A stretch of 64,000 nt of DNA from Octopus sinensis. Lineage: Eukaryota. How positions within the stretch are numbered: the stretch's first letter is position 1; each line of letters starts with the position of its first letter. Where the stretch lies: contig NC_043006.1 in NCBI RefSeq assembly GCF_006345805.1, positions 75,020,001 to 75,084,000 of the forward strand, written 5' to 3'. A model generated the notes under the pieces. The model was not told where the DNA came from and ran no database searches. It saw only the letters and a list, made by a program, of their open reading frames with translations. The position numbers and the translations under genes were made by a program. Shown here one piece after another: positions 13,053 through 24,988 of this stretch.

Positions 13053-13372
13053 GGAGCACTCCGTCGGTTGCGATGACGAGGGTTCCAGCTGGTACGATCA
13101 CCGGAACAACTTGCTCCTGAAATTAACGTGTGAGTGGCTGAGCACACCACAAACACTTGTACCCTTAACGTAGTTCTCGGGGGGATCCAACGTGACACAG
13201 TGTGTAACGAGGCTGGCCTTTTGAAATATAGGTACTACTCATTTTTGCCAGCTGAGTGGACTGGAGCAATGTGAAATAAAGTGTCTTGCTGAAGGACACA
13301 ACGCGCCGCTGGGAATTGAACTCACGACCTTACGATCATGAGCCGAATGCTCCTAACCACTAAGCCACGCAC
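13053..13372 (-). mobile_element. SINE head H2 + tail A
   Basis: Same head and core as 5661-5909; same tail as 25454 and 40053 (ends CGTCATCGCAACCGACGGAGTGC). Confidence 0.85.
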
Positions 13373-13479
13373 CTTCACATACATACATGCATACATACAT
13401 ACATGCATACATACATACATACATACATACATACATACATACATACATACATACATACATACATACATACATACATACA

Positions 13480-13668
13480 TACCGTCGCTTGACAACCAAT
13501 GTTGGTGTGTTTATGTCTCTGTAACTTAGCGGTTCGGCTAAAAGAGGCCGAAAGAATAAGTATCAAGTTTACAAAGAGCAAGTCTTAGGGTAGATTTCTT
13601 CGACTAAAAGGCGGTGCTCCAGCATGACCGCAATCAAATATGACTGAAACGAATAAAAGAATAAAAAT
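13480..13668 (+). mobile_element. Family M SINE 3' half
   Basis: Homology to other copies; preceded by (TACA)n. Confidence 0.75.
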
Positions 13669-13839
13669 AGTATACATACAATACATACTTCATTCATACA
13701 GACAGACAGACAGGCAAACAGACTGCCAAACAGAGTCAAATAGATAGGTAGGTAGGTAGGTAGGTAGGTAAGTAAGTAGGTAGGTAGATATATAGATAGA
13801 TAAGTAAATAGATAGGTAGATAGATAAGTAGATAGATAT

Positions 13840-14716
13840 GTTTCTTTATTAGCCACACAGGGCTACACACAGACGGGACAGATTACAAAGTAGAGCTTTT
13901 CTTTTTTTTTGGAGAAAAAAAAGGTGGCGTAGGTTTTTCGATCAAAAGGGATCGTAAAAGGGAAAGAAGAGAAAAAAAAAAGAAAAAAAGGAAAAGAAAC
14001 GAAATAAAAAAATGAAAAAAACGATCAATAGGATCGTGTATCACAGTGACATGATGTAAGGTGTAAAGGGGGAAGCAGATAAGGTTTATCCGTGTGAAGA
14101 AAAGCCTACGGAAAAGACCACGGTAACCTCGGTCAATATTGATACATGTTACCACATTTGTTTGCAAGTAGGTAACCTTCTGTTTTAAATTTCCGGAGTC
14201 ATAGGATTATGCTCAAGGTGGCTTCGTCATCCATACGTGTCATCCTTGCTACATTCACCCATCTTTTCTTAAAACATTCGCTAGACAAAACTTACCTCTC
14301 TGCTCTCACTTTCCTTTTCAAGTGATACTTGAAGTTGATGAGAGATTGACCAGAGAGGAAAGTGTTTGTCTCCAATCCTTTCAGACGCGTCCACCAGATA
14401 CATTCTTTCGCCATAGCCACAAGGATGATGAAAATAGCTCTTCCTTCCCGTTTGAAGGAAGGAGGCGTGACAATATTGACGATAGACTCGGCTGATAAAC
14501 CGACTCGTCCCACACGTGACAGCAGTTGTTCGACATAAGCCCACAGGTCGGAAATTGTTGGACACTGCACGGGTGCGTGCAGAACGGTTTCGTCGCTCTG
14601 ACCGCATCTCGGGCAGGTGTTTCTCGAACCATGTCTGTAGAGCTTATCCCGAACGGGTAGCGCTTCTCGGTAGCACTGCCAGGCCAGGGATCTCTGGAAG
14701 TTGTCCATGGGCCCTG

Positions 14717-14717
<1 letters not shown>
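13840..14717 (-). mobile_element. 5'-truncated Tx1/L1-clade LINE (ORF2 C-terminal zinc-knuckle region + 3'UTR)
   Basis: [39 protein letters not shown] resembles the zf-RVT CxxC..H..C motif; AATAAA at the 3' end; both ends abut (TATC)n. Confidence 0.85.
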
Positions 14718-14778
<61 letters not shown>

Positions 14779-14787
14779 GTAGGTAGG

Positions 14788-14880
<93 letters not shown>
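14716..14880. repeat. (GATA)n microsatellite
   Basis: Direct reading. Confidence 0.95.
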
Positions 14881-15006
14881 CTAAAAAAAAATGATCGTTG
14901 GATGATGTGCTTCTGGATACAATGCGCCCTGTCTCTGTTTGGGACACGGACGACTGGCACGATGGAAACTAGAATATATTCTAGTTTCCTGAAACTAGAA
15001 TATAAC

Positions 15007-15640
15007 AAGGTGGCGAGCTGGCAGAATCGTTAGCACACCGGGCGAAATGCTAAACGGTATTTCGTCTGCTGCTACGTCCTGAGTTCAAATTCCGCCGAGG
15101 TCGACTTTGCCTTTCATTCGTTCGGGGTCTATAAATTAAGTACCAGTTACGCACTGGGGTTGATGTAATCGACTTAATCCGTTTGTCTGTCCTTGTTTGT
15201 CCTCTCTGTGTAACCCCTTGTGTGTAGTAAAGAAATAGATATTTCGTCTGCCGTTATGCTCTGAGTTCAAATTCCGCCGAGGTCGACTTTGCCTTTCATC
15301 CTTTCGGGATCGATAAATTAAGTACCAGTTACGCACCGAGGTCAATGTAATTGACTTATCCCTTTGTCTGTCTTTGTTTGCCTCCTCTATGTTTAGCCCC
15401 TTATGGGCAATAAAGAAATTTGAAACTAGAATATATTCGTTTCAAATTTTGGCACAAGGCCAGCAATTTCGTGGGAGCGGTAACTTACCTAGTGCTCAAC
15501 TGCTACTTATTTCATCTATCTCGTAAGGACGAGAGCCGAAGTCGAACTTGGCAGAATTTGAACTCAGAACGTAAAGTCGTACGATATGCTGTTATGCATT
15601 TTGTCCGGTATGCTAACTATTCTCCAAGCTCTCCACCTCA
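15007..15640. mobile_element. Family N SINE dimer (+) followed by a decayed opposite-strand copy
   Basis: Two cores ~182 bp apart on +; minus copy at 15430-15640. Confidence 0.8.
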
Positions 15641-15698
15641 TATATACACACACATATATATATATATATGTGTGTGTGTGTGTTTTGTATTATTCATG

Positions 15699-15773
<75 letters not shown>

Positions 15774-15989
15774 TGTCTCTTTGTCACGTGTGTGCGTGTG
15801 TTCTTTTCATTATTCGATGTGGTTCGTTCAAATAGTGCCAATCATTATAACAATGGAACAATTGATCTTTCTTCGCATGGGTCACCTTCAAGATTACAAT
15901 GAATTAGAGCATTCTTCTTCAAAAGTATTGCCTTTCCATCGAGCTTCACCCCGAAACACCATAAGTATGTACGTATGTACGTATGTACG

Positions 15990-16023
<34 letters not shown>

Positions 16024-16274
16024 TGTATGTATGTATGTATGTATGTATGTATGTATGTATGTATGTATGTTCTCTTAAATTTAGAGTACATTTTTACCGG
16101 TCAGCTACTTGGTAGCAAGGTGGTGAAGGAAAGTACCTTGTTTTAATCACAATCTTTTCAATCTTAAGAAGATCTTGCAGATTTTTATAATCCCAGATAT
16201 CGTGATCATTTGTAACGCATGAATGAAAGATTTACATTCTCTCCCCAAGCAATGTATGCATGTATGTATGTAAA

Positions 16275-16579
16275 AGGGTAAAGACCCCCTTCGACCATAA
16301 ATTACCATGGGATTGCAACTAGAAAGTTACCCTCCGAGGCACAAGCCCGGGCAAGGTTGTTTATGGAAGACCAGCAGTCAGTCCTGCATGCAAGCCTCCT
16401 CCTCCACGCCACCGATGTTTTCCAAGGAAAAGGCGGATACAGCTTGGCACCAGCTGAGTGAACTGGAGCAACGTGAAATAAAGTCTCTTACTCAAGAACA
16501 CAACACACATCCCGGTCCGGGAATCGAACTCACTACCTCATGATTGTGAACCTTACCCTCTAGCCACTGAGTCATGCAC
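16275..16579 (-). mobile_element. SINE head H2 + tail D
   Basis: H2 core; tail ends GGAGGGTAACTTTCTAGTTGCAATCCCATGG..GAAGGGGGTCTTTACC. A tail-only copy lies at 26725-26820. Confidence 0.8.
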
Positions 16580-16602
16580 CTTCATTTATGCATGCATGTA
16601 TG

Positions 16603-16636
<34 letters not shown>

Positions 16637-16747
16637 TGTATGTATGTATGTATATGTGTGTATGTATGTATGTATGTATGTATGTATGTATGTATGTATG
16701 TATGTATGTGTGTGTGTGTATGTATGCATGTATGTATGTATGTATTA

Positions 16748-16980
16748 GGGCGGCTAGCTGGCAGAATCGTTAGCACGCCGCGCGAAATGTTTAGCGGTGT
16801 TTCGTCTGCCGCTACGTTCTGAGTTCAAATTCCGTCGAGGTCGATTTTGCTTTTCATCCTTTTGGGGTCGATTAAATAAGTACCAGTTACGCACTGGAGT
16901 CGATATAGTCGACTTAATCTCTTCGTCTGTCATTGTTTGTCCCCTCTGTGTTTAACCCCCTGTGGGCAATAAAGAAATAT
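16748..16980 (+). mobile_element. Family N SINE
   Basis: Head, core and spacer recognisable. Confidence 0.82.
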
Positions 16981-16987
16981 ATATGTA

Positions 16988-17199
16988 TACTCTTTTACTC
17001 TTTTACTTGTTTCAGTCATTTGACTGCGGCCATGCTGGAGCACCGCCTTTAGTCAAGCAACTCGACCCTGGGACTTATTCTTTTTGTAAGCACAGTACTT
17101 ATTCTATCGGTCTTTTTGCCGAAACGCTAAGTAACGGGGACGTAAACACACCAGCATCGGTTGTCAAGCAATGCTAGGGGAACAAACACAGACACACAA

Positions 17200-17270
<71 letters not shown>

Positions 17271-17434
17271 CGACAGGCTTCTTTCAGTTTCCGTCTACCA
17301 AATCCACTCACAAGGCATTGGTCGGCCTGGGGCTATAGCAGAAGACACTTGCCCAAGATGCCACGCAGTGAGACTGAACCCGGAACCATGTGGTTGGTTA
17401 GCAAGCTACTTACCACACAGCCACTCCTGCGCCT
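16988..17434 (-). mobile_element. Family M SINE, full length
   Basis: Head, (TA)n centre and tail present. Confidence 0.88.
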
Positions 17435-17803
17435 GTATGTATAAGTTTCCAATACCTTTTCTTCTAGATTTAGTTTAGCTATTCTCAACACCATTGTTCT
17501 TTGATCCTAATTACGCACTGAAGCGTCTAAGTTCAGCACTCATCTCTTTTTAGATTCCTAACAGTTACGTCTTAAATTGTCATATGTTTAGCTTTGTGTT
17601 CGTATTATTTCTTTGACCGATCTTCACGCTTCAATTGGTTTATTAATTCTCTGAATAAGTCTACAATAGTAAATATAGAGAACAATTACCACTTAAAGAG
17701 CAAATTATAGTCTGAATACGATTACATTTTGAGGTATTGTTGCCAGTTGTTGAGGTTCCATTTTATTTTTTTGTAATGGCTACAGCTGTAGCGAAATTCT
17801 CAC

Positions 17804-18060
17804 CAGTAGAAAGCAGATTCTAACCCAGTTTCTGTATAATTTTCGTCTACATGAATGAGTTTTTTGAAATGTAGCCATAGACAGCAATTCTGTTTACATT
17901 GGGCCTCGTTTCGGGTACGTGGTATTGACAAGTCACAAAAATAACGAAACATCGATGTATATCGCCCCTGAATGGGACCAGACACGAGTTTTGACTTCTG
18001 TGTGTTTTAACGTCTGTAAAGGGATCTTTTTCCGGAGGAGTACGACAGTTTCTGGCTTTT
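17804..18060 (-). other. Candidate exon (splice signals; no frame open end to end)
   Basis: Acceptor tgtgtttgtatcgcag| and donor CTG|GTGAGA; ATG at 17952 opens a frame running to the donor. Confidence 0.25.
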
Positions 18061-18137
18061 CTGCGATACAAACACAATAAATAACAATATATATGTATAT
18101 ACGCATATAAATATGCATACATACATACATACATACA

Positions 18138-19675
18138 TTGACACCTGTAACAAAACACATGTCACTAAAGAGTATTATTGCCGAATAAAGAAAATTTGGA
18201 GCTCAAAACTCTCTGCATTCAATGAAACAATGGCCCACAATGTGTTTGCAGTGCCAGTACTCATACCAACATTTGGGTTGCTTGATTGGACGCTCAAGGA
18301 GATCCGAGCCATTGATGTAAAAACCCGAAAAATACTAACAAGCACACATAATTTCCACATAAACAGTGACGTAGACTGCCTTTACCTAAAACGAAAACAA
18401 GGCAGCAGAGGTTTAACATCGATTGAAATGCCTTTAAATATCGTATCATATTCTTTCGGCAACATCCTTTAACCACCAAGTGTCGAAGTGCATCCATGAG
18501 GCTGATAACATCAGAAGACTTGGAAGGCAGCTCCTTGAGCAGCACTCTGTGTCTGGTAACCTAGAATGCATACCCAAAGAAGTCGCACGGCTCTGCCGCA
18601 ACGTATCATGACATGAAGGGATGAGCCTATATGAGGAAAAGACTATGCATGGATATGTTAATAGAAAGCTCCGAGATGATAGTAACATCGATCCTCAAAG
18701 CAGTTTATCATGGAACAATTGCCGGATTACTACATCCCACTTTGAAGGGTAAGCGTGTGCAATCCAGGAACAGGAAATATCAACCAAGTACCTGATGCAC
18801 AAAAGGGATAGAGATGCAAGATAAACCGTAAAATGTGACAACCGATGCAGACTTTGTGGAGTTAACACCGAAAATATCACCCACATTATAAGCAGTGGTC
18901 CTAAAATGTTATCACGTTATTATGTACATGATGCTGCAGCTAGGACACTCTATAATGAAATCCATCGGAAAGATAACCCCGAGGAAAAGAAATAAGAACC
19001 CGCGGTATGGTAGAATCCAAAGTTACTCATAATAAAAGAGAATACTGGTGGAATCTTCCCGTGAAGACCTCAATAAAATGGAAGCACAACAAACCTGATA
19101 TAATGATTTGGGATAGAGAAGAGAACCTGTGCAGAGTTGTGGAAATTAGCTGCCCAGTGGACGTTAACATAAAGCTGAAAATCAGTGAAAAAGAGAATAC
19201 TTACGCAGAACTATTGAAAAAACTGCAGTTACTCTATCCAGATTACAAGTTCAGATTTATACCTGTTATTATTGGGGCCCTGGGATATGTAATACACTGC
19301 CCAAATACAAATCTTGAGAATTAGGCTTCCTAAAACCAGAAAGGAGAAAGTTAATCCGAACACTACAGATCCAATCCATCACTGAAACTGTAAAAATCTG
19401 TAAAACTTTCCAGAAGTTTTATCAATTAAGTATATATGAGCATGTCTAGATATGCAACTATATGCATAAGAATACATACATAAAGCAAAACATACAAATC
19501 TGCACATACATACATATGTACATACATACATACATAATACATACATACATACATACATACATACGTAAAAAAGAAAAATACCCTGTTGTTGATGTTGAAA
19601 TTCCAATGAAGGAGCCTTGAATCTAGGTTAGAAACCGGCTCTTTCTCTATTGGCAAAAACATCTTGAAATAAAAT
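18138..19675 (+). mobile_element. R4/Dong-clade RLE LINE, subfamily 2, 5'-truncated and frameshifted
   Basis: RT C-terminus (AVPVLIPTFGLLDW..DVKTRKILT..DVDCLYLKRKQGSRGL), zinc knuckle CRLCG..ENITHI, RLE motif KPDIMIWDREENLCRVVEISCPVD...IIGALG. Confidence 0.9.
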
Positions 19676-19713
19676 ATATATACATACATACATACATACA
19701 TACATACATACAT

Positions 19714-19750
<37 letters not shown>

Positions 19751-20329
19751 TACACACACACAAACATATGTATGCATATACACATACAAAAACGGCAAAG
19801 ATCCTGATGTGTGTATATATATATATATAATTATTCATCGAAAATATCACCAAAGCCGTTCAGTTTGTTGAAGAGGTTATTGTCAAACGTAGAAAACCTA
19901 AAAAAGGAAACCTAAAAAGGAAACTTCATAATTGTTTATAATAATTTCTCGCATGACATTTTTAAATAAAAATAATTTGTAATTGTCAGTTGATAAATAT
20001 ATTGATTTCTTCTTCAAGTACTTACCCAATTAGAGGCACTTATAATCGATGGAATCGGATAATGTGCACTAGTGTACAAGTTATCGATTACTCTGCCAAG
20101 ATAAATGGTAAAGTGGATATGAACTGTAAAATAACGATATTTCTACCCGCTGTACTTGTGCGGATGGAATGAATTACTTGACCTTTCGATGACAAATATC
20201 CAACAACTAAGGACCATCGGTGCTACTTTGGGATGTGATCTACAGCTTCGAGGGCGATTGCTTTAGGTTACTTTCTTGTTTATTTTTAAATGTAATTTTC
20301 CAAAATTCTCACTAATATAATAATAATCC

Positions 20330-21445
20330 TTTGTACTATAGGCACAAGGCCTCGATTTGTGGGGGTGGGGGGTGGGGGGGGATGTGATAGTCGATTACAT
20401 TAACCCTAGTATTCAACTAGTATTTATTTAATCGAACCCGAAAGGATGAAGGGCAAAGTTGACTTCGCCGGAATTGGAACTCAGAACGTAGCGATAGACG
20501 AATTTCCGCCAAGCATTGCGCCCGGCGTGCTAACGTTTCTTATTTCTTTATTGCCCACAAGGGGCTATACACAGAGGAGTCAAACAAGGACAGGCAAACG
20601 GATTAAGTCGATTATATCGACCCCAGTGCGTAACTGGTACTTAATTTATCGACTCCGAAAGGATGAAAGGCAAAGTCGACCTCGGCGGAATTTGAACTCA
20701 GAACGTAACGGCAAACGAAATACCGCTAAGTTTTTCGCCCGGCACGCTAACGTTTCTGCCAGCTCACCGCCTTTACTATTTTAATAATAAAAAAAAACAC
20801 GTCTCATTTATGTCTTAGTGAATAAACCTTTCTTCTATAGACACAGAGTCTGAAATTGTTGGGGAGGGGACTAGTCGATTACATCGATCCCATTGTTTTA
20901 CTGGTACTTATTTCATCAACCCCGAAAGGATGAAATATAAAGTAGACTTCGCTAGAATTTGAACTCAGCACGTAGCGACAGACGAATTTCCGCTACGCAT
21001 TTCGCTCGGCGTGCTAACGGTTCTTATTTCTTTATTGCCCACAAGGGGATAAATATAAAGGGGACAAACAAGGACAGACAAAGGAGTTAAGTCTATTACA
21101 TCGACCCCAGTGCGTAACAGGTACTTAATTTATCAACCCAGAAAAAATGAAAGGCAAAGTCTACTTCGGCGGAATTTGAACTCAGAACGTAACGGCAGAC
21201 GAAATACCTATTTCTTTACTACCCACAAGGAGCGAAACACAGAAAGGACAAACAAGGACATACAAACGGATTTAGTCGATTATATCAACCCCAGTGTGTA
21301 TCTGGTACTTATCTAATCGACCCCGAAAGGATGAAAGGCAAAGTCTACCTCGGCGGAATTTGAACTTAGAACGTAACGGCACACGAAGAACCACCAAGTA
21401 TTTCGCTCGGCGAGCTAACGATTCTGCCAGCTCGCCACCTTTACT
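20330..21445 (-). mobile_element. Family N SINE multimer arrays
   Basis: About five cores with spacer units, in two runs. Confidence 0.85.
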
Positions 21446-21714
21446 ATTTTAATAATAATAAAACTATGTTTCATCTACATCTTAGTGAATAATAATAAGA
21501 AACCAAGAATAAACAAAATAATAATTAAAACAAGTTTGGCAACCGCAGGTTTTGCAATGAAATGCTGGCAAAATTTCATTGTCTTTCCCTGTTCTTCCTT
21601 CACACCGCCACCACAACTAAGACAAGGTGCAACATTTTCTTCATCATCTAAAGACGCCGTTCTTTCGTAAATTATCTCATCGCTGATCACATTATAAAAT
21701 TTTTAGCCAACATC

Positions 21715-21920
21715 TTAAGGGTTCAGTTCTATGTTTAAGAGATGAGGAATTATTTACATTATTTACATTATTTACATTTTTTACATATGACGGATATTTA
21801 TCTTCATCTAGTTTTTGTTAACACGTTTCGGTTGATATACCCTCCAGCCTTCTTTAGGTGTCTTGGAGAAATTTCGAACCTGGGTTCTCATTCCTAAGGT
21901 ATTTTTCGATGTTGTTGTTA

Positions 21921-21981
<61 letters not shown>

Positions 21982-22036
21982 GTTGTTCAGGTCACTGATT
22001 GGGATCGAACTAGGAACGCTCTTAACCACTACGCCC
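21715..22036 (-). mobile_element. tRNA-headed, (AAT)n-linked element with degenerate hammerhead-like motif
   Basis: A box GGCGTAGTGG, B box AGTTCGATCC, (AAT)n spacer, then motif at 21820-21862 and (TGTAAATAA)x3. Confidence 0.65.
21820..21862 (-). ncRNA. Degenerate minimal type-I hammerhead ribozyme (predicted inactive)
   Basis: GACAC-CUAAAGA-A-GGCUG(gagggtatat)CAACC-GAAACGU-GUU versus the consensus CUGANGA / stem II / GAAA / palindromic ACGU. Confidence 0.6.
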
Positions 22037-22079
22037 ACCGGCATATGGCGTAGTGGTTAAGAGTGCGGGCTACTAACTC

Positions 22080-22428
22080 CATACATGCTCATATATATTT
22101 AAATGATAAACTTCTGGAAAGTTTTACAGATTTTTACCGTTCCAGTGATGGATTACATCTGAAGTCTTCGAATTAGTTTTCTCCTATCGGTTTTTGAGAA
22201 GCCTAAATTCTCAAGATTAGTATTTAGGCAGTGTGTTACGTATCCCAGGGCTCCAATAATTTCAGGTATAAACTGAACTTGTAATCTGGACAGAGTTAAC
22301 TACAGTTCAGCATTCTCTTTTTCACTGATCTTCAGCTTTATGTTAACATCCGCTGGGTAGCTAATTTCCACAACTGTGCAGTTTCTCTTTTCTATCCCAA
22401 ATCATTATATCAGGTCTGTTGTGCTTAC
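22080..22428 (-). mobile_element. R4/Dong subfamily 2, 3' fragment
   Basis: KHNRPDIMIWDRKEKL; homologous to 19080-19445. Confidence 0.88.
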
Positions 22429-22643
22429 ATGTATGTATGTATGTATGTATGTATGTATGTATGTATGTATGTATGTATGTATGTATGTATGTATGTATGT
22501 ATGTATGTATGCATGCATGCATGCATGCATGTATGTATGTATGTATGTATGTATGTATGTATGTGTGTATGTATGTATGTATGTATGTATGTATGTATGT
22601 ATGTATGCATGCATGCATGCATGCATGCATGTATGTATGTATG

Positions 22644-22677
<34 letters not shown>

Positions 22678-23012
22678 TGTATGTATGTATGTATGCATGC
22701 ATGTATGCATGTATGTATGTATGTATGTATGTGTGTATGTATGTATGATACATACACACATTCCGCTTCAAGAATCGAAACCATAATTTTACAATTGCGA
22801 GTGCAACAGCCTCTACAAACCCACGCACCTATACACACACACACACACACACAGAGAAACGTGCGCGCGCATACACACACATATATACATACATATTTAT
22901 ATATGTATGTGTGTGTTTGTGTGTGCGCGCGTGTGTGTATGGTAGACCTACAAATAGAAATCATTGGTACAGTGGAAACTGCTGCATGCATGCGTACATA
23001 CATACATACATA

Positions 23013-23062
<50 letters not shown>

Positions 23063-23130
23063 TACATACATACATACATACATACATACATACATACATA
23101 CATACATACATACATACATACATACATACG
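22428..23130. repeat. (TATG)n/(CA)n/(TACA)n microsatellite cluster
   Basis: Direct reading. Confidence 0.9.
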
Positions 23131-23742
23131 AGAGAGAAAGAGGAGAGAGATGAGTGGGTGATGAAAGTGCTACACAAAACGGAATTTTTTCACTGAACAT
23201 ATTTATCAATTCAGACACCAACTACAAAAATTTTGTCTGGTCACACAATTTCTCACTTATCATTTCAGCAAAAACACTTCATTATATCAAGCTTGCATAC
23301 ATTCACCATCTTCTTCGTGACTGACTGAACGTTCTATAAAAGATGGTCGTCGATTTGTCTTGCTTTTTAAATCAATTCACTTTCACAAATAATTCACACA
23401 ACGAAGCCAAGAGTCTCCACGTATTTCTCCGTTAATACTTTTGCTATTCGCTTTTAAAAGCTATTGCTCTACTTATACTGTCTTGATTGTTTGCTTTACC
23501 TCTTTTTATACATCTGCTTCAAATCTACTTATTTTTGTCTATCGAACTATTTATTTACGCTTATGTATCGAATTTTGTAAAGAATAACATCGTTTGTTAT
23601 TGGGTTTCTTCAGGTTGATGGCATTTACGATTAAAGCGGTAAAATTGGTCGTGTAGTAAGGAAATGTAAATCAGTTGAAGCACTGGCTTTCGTTGTTTGC
23701 GCTCCGAGTTCAAAATACAGCCTCTGAGTCGATAGATAATTA

Positions 23743-24253
23743 CCGTAAATCCTCGAGTATAATCCGCATTTTTTCCCCAAAAATTAAAGGTCAAAATCCA
23801 TAGTACGTACTATATACGAGGTTAAAAATGACAATTATTTTCTAAGCAATGACCGAGTCTCTATTTGCAATGTTTATTCAGATGTATTTTGTGATGTAGG
23901 GCGCGAAAATACCTTAAGCTAAGCCTGAAAGCAATGAAGTCATAAAGGGATCATCCATAACTTGCAGTAAGCAACATTTATTAAATAAAAGTATTCAGAA
24001 CACAGAATAACATGTAACAAAAACAATTTGCAAACATCTGCATTCCCATATAACAGTTAAGAACACCACCATTATTGTATTATGCATGCACGGAAGTGTT
24101 TGTTCGACTAGGTGCTGCTGGCTTAATTACACACGACTCAAGTCAGAGAAGGGGTGCGTATCATACACAAGGTTTAGGTTTTTCAGAAGTACACCCCCCT
24201 TATAATTCCCTGCGTATTATACTCAAGGGCGGACTATACTCGAGGATTTACGG
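23743..24253. mobile_element. MITE, Tc1/mariner superfamily (Tc2/Kanga-like CCGTA ends)
   Basis: TA|CCGTAAATCCTCGAGTATAATCCGC ... GCGGACTATACTCGAGGATTTACGG|TA; 24/25 TIR match. Confidence 0.88.
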
Positions 24254-24418
24254 TATTGGTCTTCCTATTTCTCTTCTCTATGAAATCCGCTGCATTGAGA
24301 CCCAGAGAGGGGTGGACACTTCTAGATCTAAAAGTAACCGAGACATGTAACTCTAAGAATCCAGCAAGACTTGACGGGTCAATACATGGCGTATATTCGA
24401 TGGCGAGAGTAACTAGGC

Positions 24419-24988
24419 GGAAAGACTTCTGCCCGAGCCGTCCCCCCCCCATTTTCTCCCATATTTGTCTATTTAAAACTATTTTTCTTTGCCAAATCCA
24501 CGTTTTCGGATACGGAGGTTCCAGAAAATTGCCAAACATCGGCATTGTGAAAAATTTTCCCCTCCTTTCCACCCCAACTTCTTCAATTTTGACTTTTTTC
24601 CGCAACACTAACTGTAAAACCCTAACCCTAACCCTAAAACCGTAACCGTAAGTACAGAAATGTTTTGAAATTTTGGTCCGAATCCCGATGTCTGTATTTT
24701 TCCGCATATTTAGAAAAGAAAAAAAAATCTTTAAAAAAGATTTTACAAAGATTTTTGGAAAATTTTTTTTCAGATTCATAATCTCTGTGTTTTTCCGCAT
24801 ATTTTGAAAAAAGAAATTGTGCAAAAAGTTAAAATGAAGGAAATGGGGGGGGGGGGGGATTGTAATTTAGAAATGTCGATTTTTGCCAATATTTTTGCAG
24901 ATTCGTAGCCGAAAAGTGGGGTTTGTGTCGAAAAAACAGTTTGAAAAAAGGGTGTTTTTTTTGGGTGGGGGACGGGCGGAGTCTTACA
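24419..24988. mobile_element. MITE-like element with 8-bp TSD and internal (CCCTAA)n
   Basis: AACTAGGC at 24411-24418 and 24989-24996; imperfect TIRs (AAGACT..GCCCG..TCCCCC). Confidence 0.7.

Noticed and set aside
17973-17988. 16-nt identity TGGGACCAGACACGAG with the RTE at 36520-36535
   Set aside because: No flanking similarity; about one such match is expected by chance in 64 kb.
20330-21445. Regularly spaced repeats resembling a CRISPR array (also 31540, 57415)
   Set aside because: The intervening segments are homologous to each other, units are ~180 bp, context is a eukaryotic SINE, and there are no cas genes.
24234-24824. 129- and 196-aa ORFs
   Set aside because: Lie within or across MITE sequence, low-complexity, no transposase motifs.
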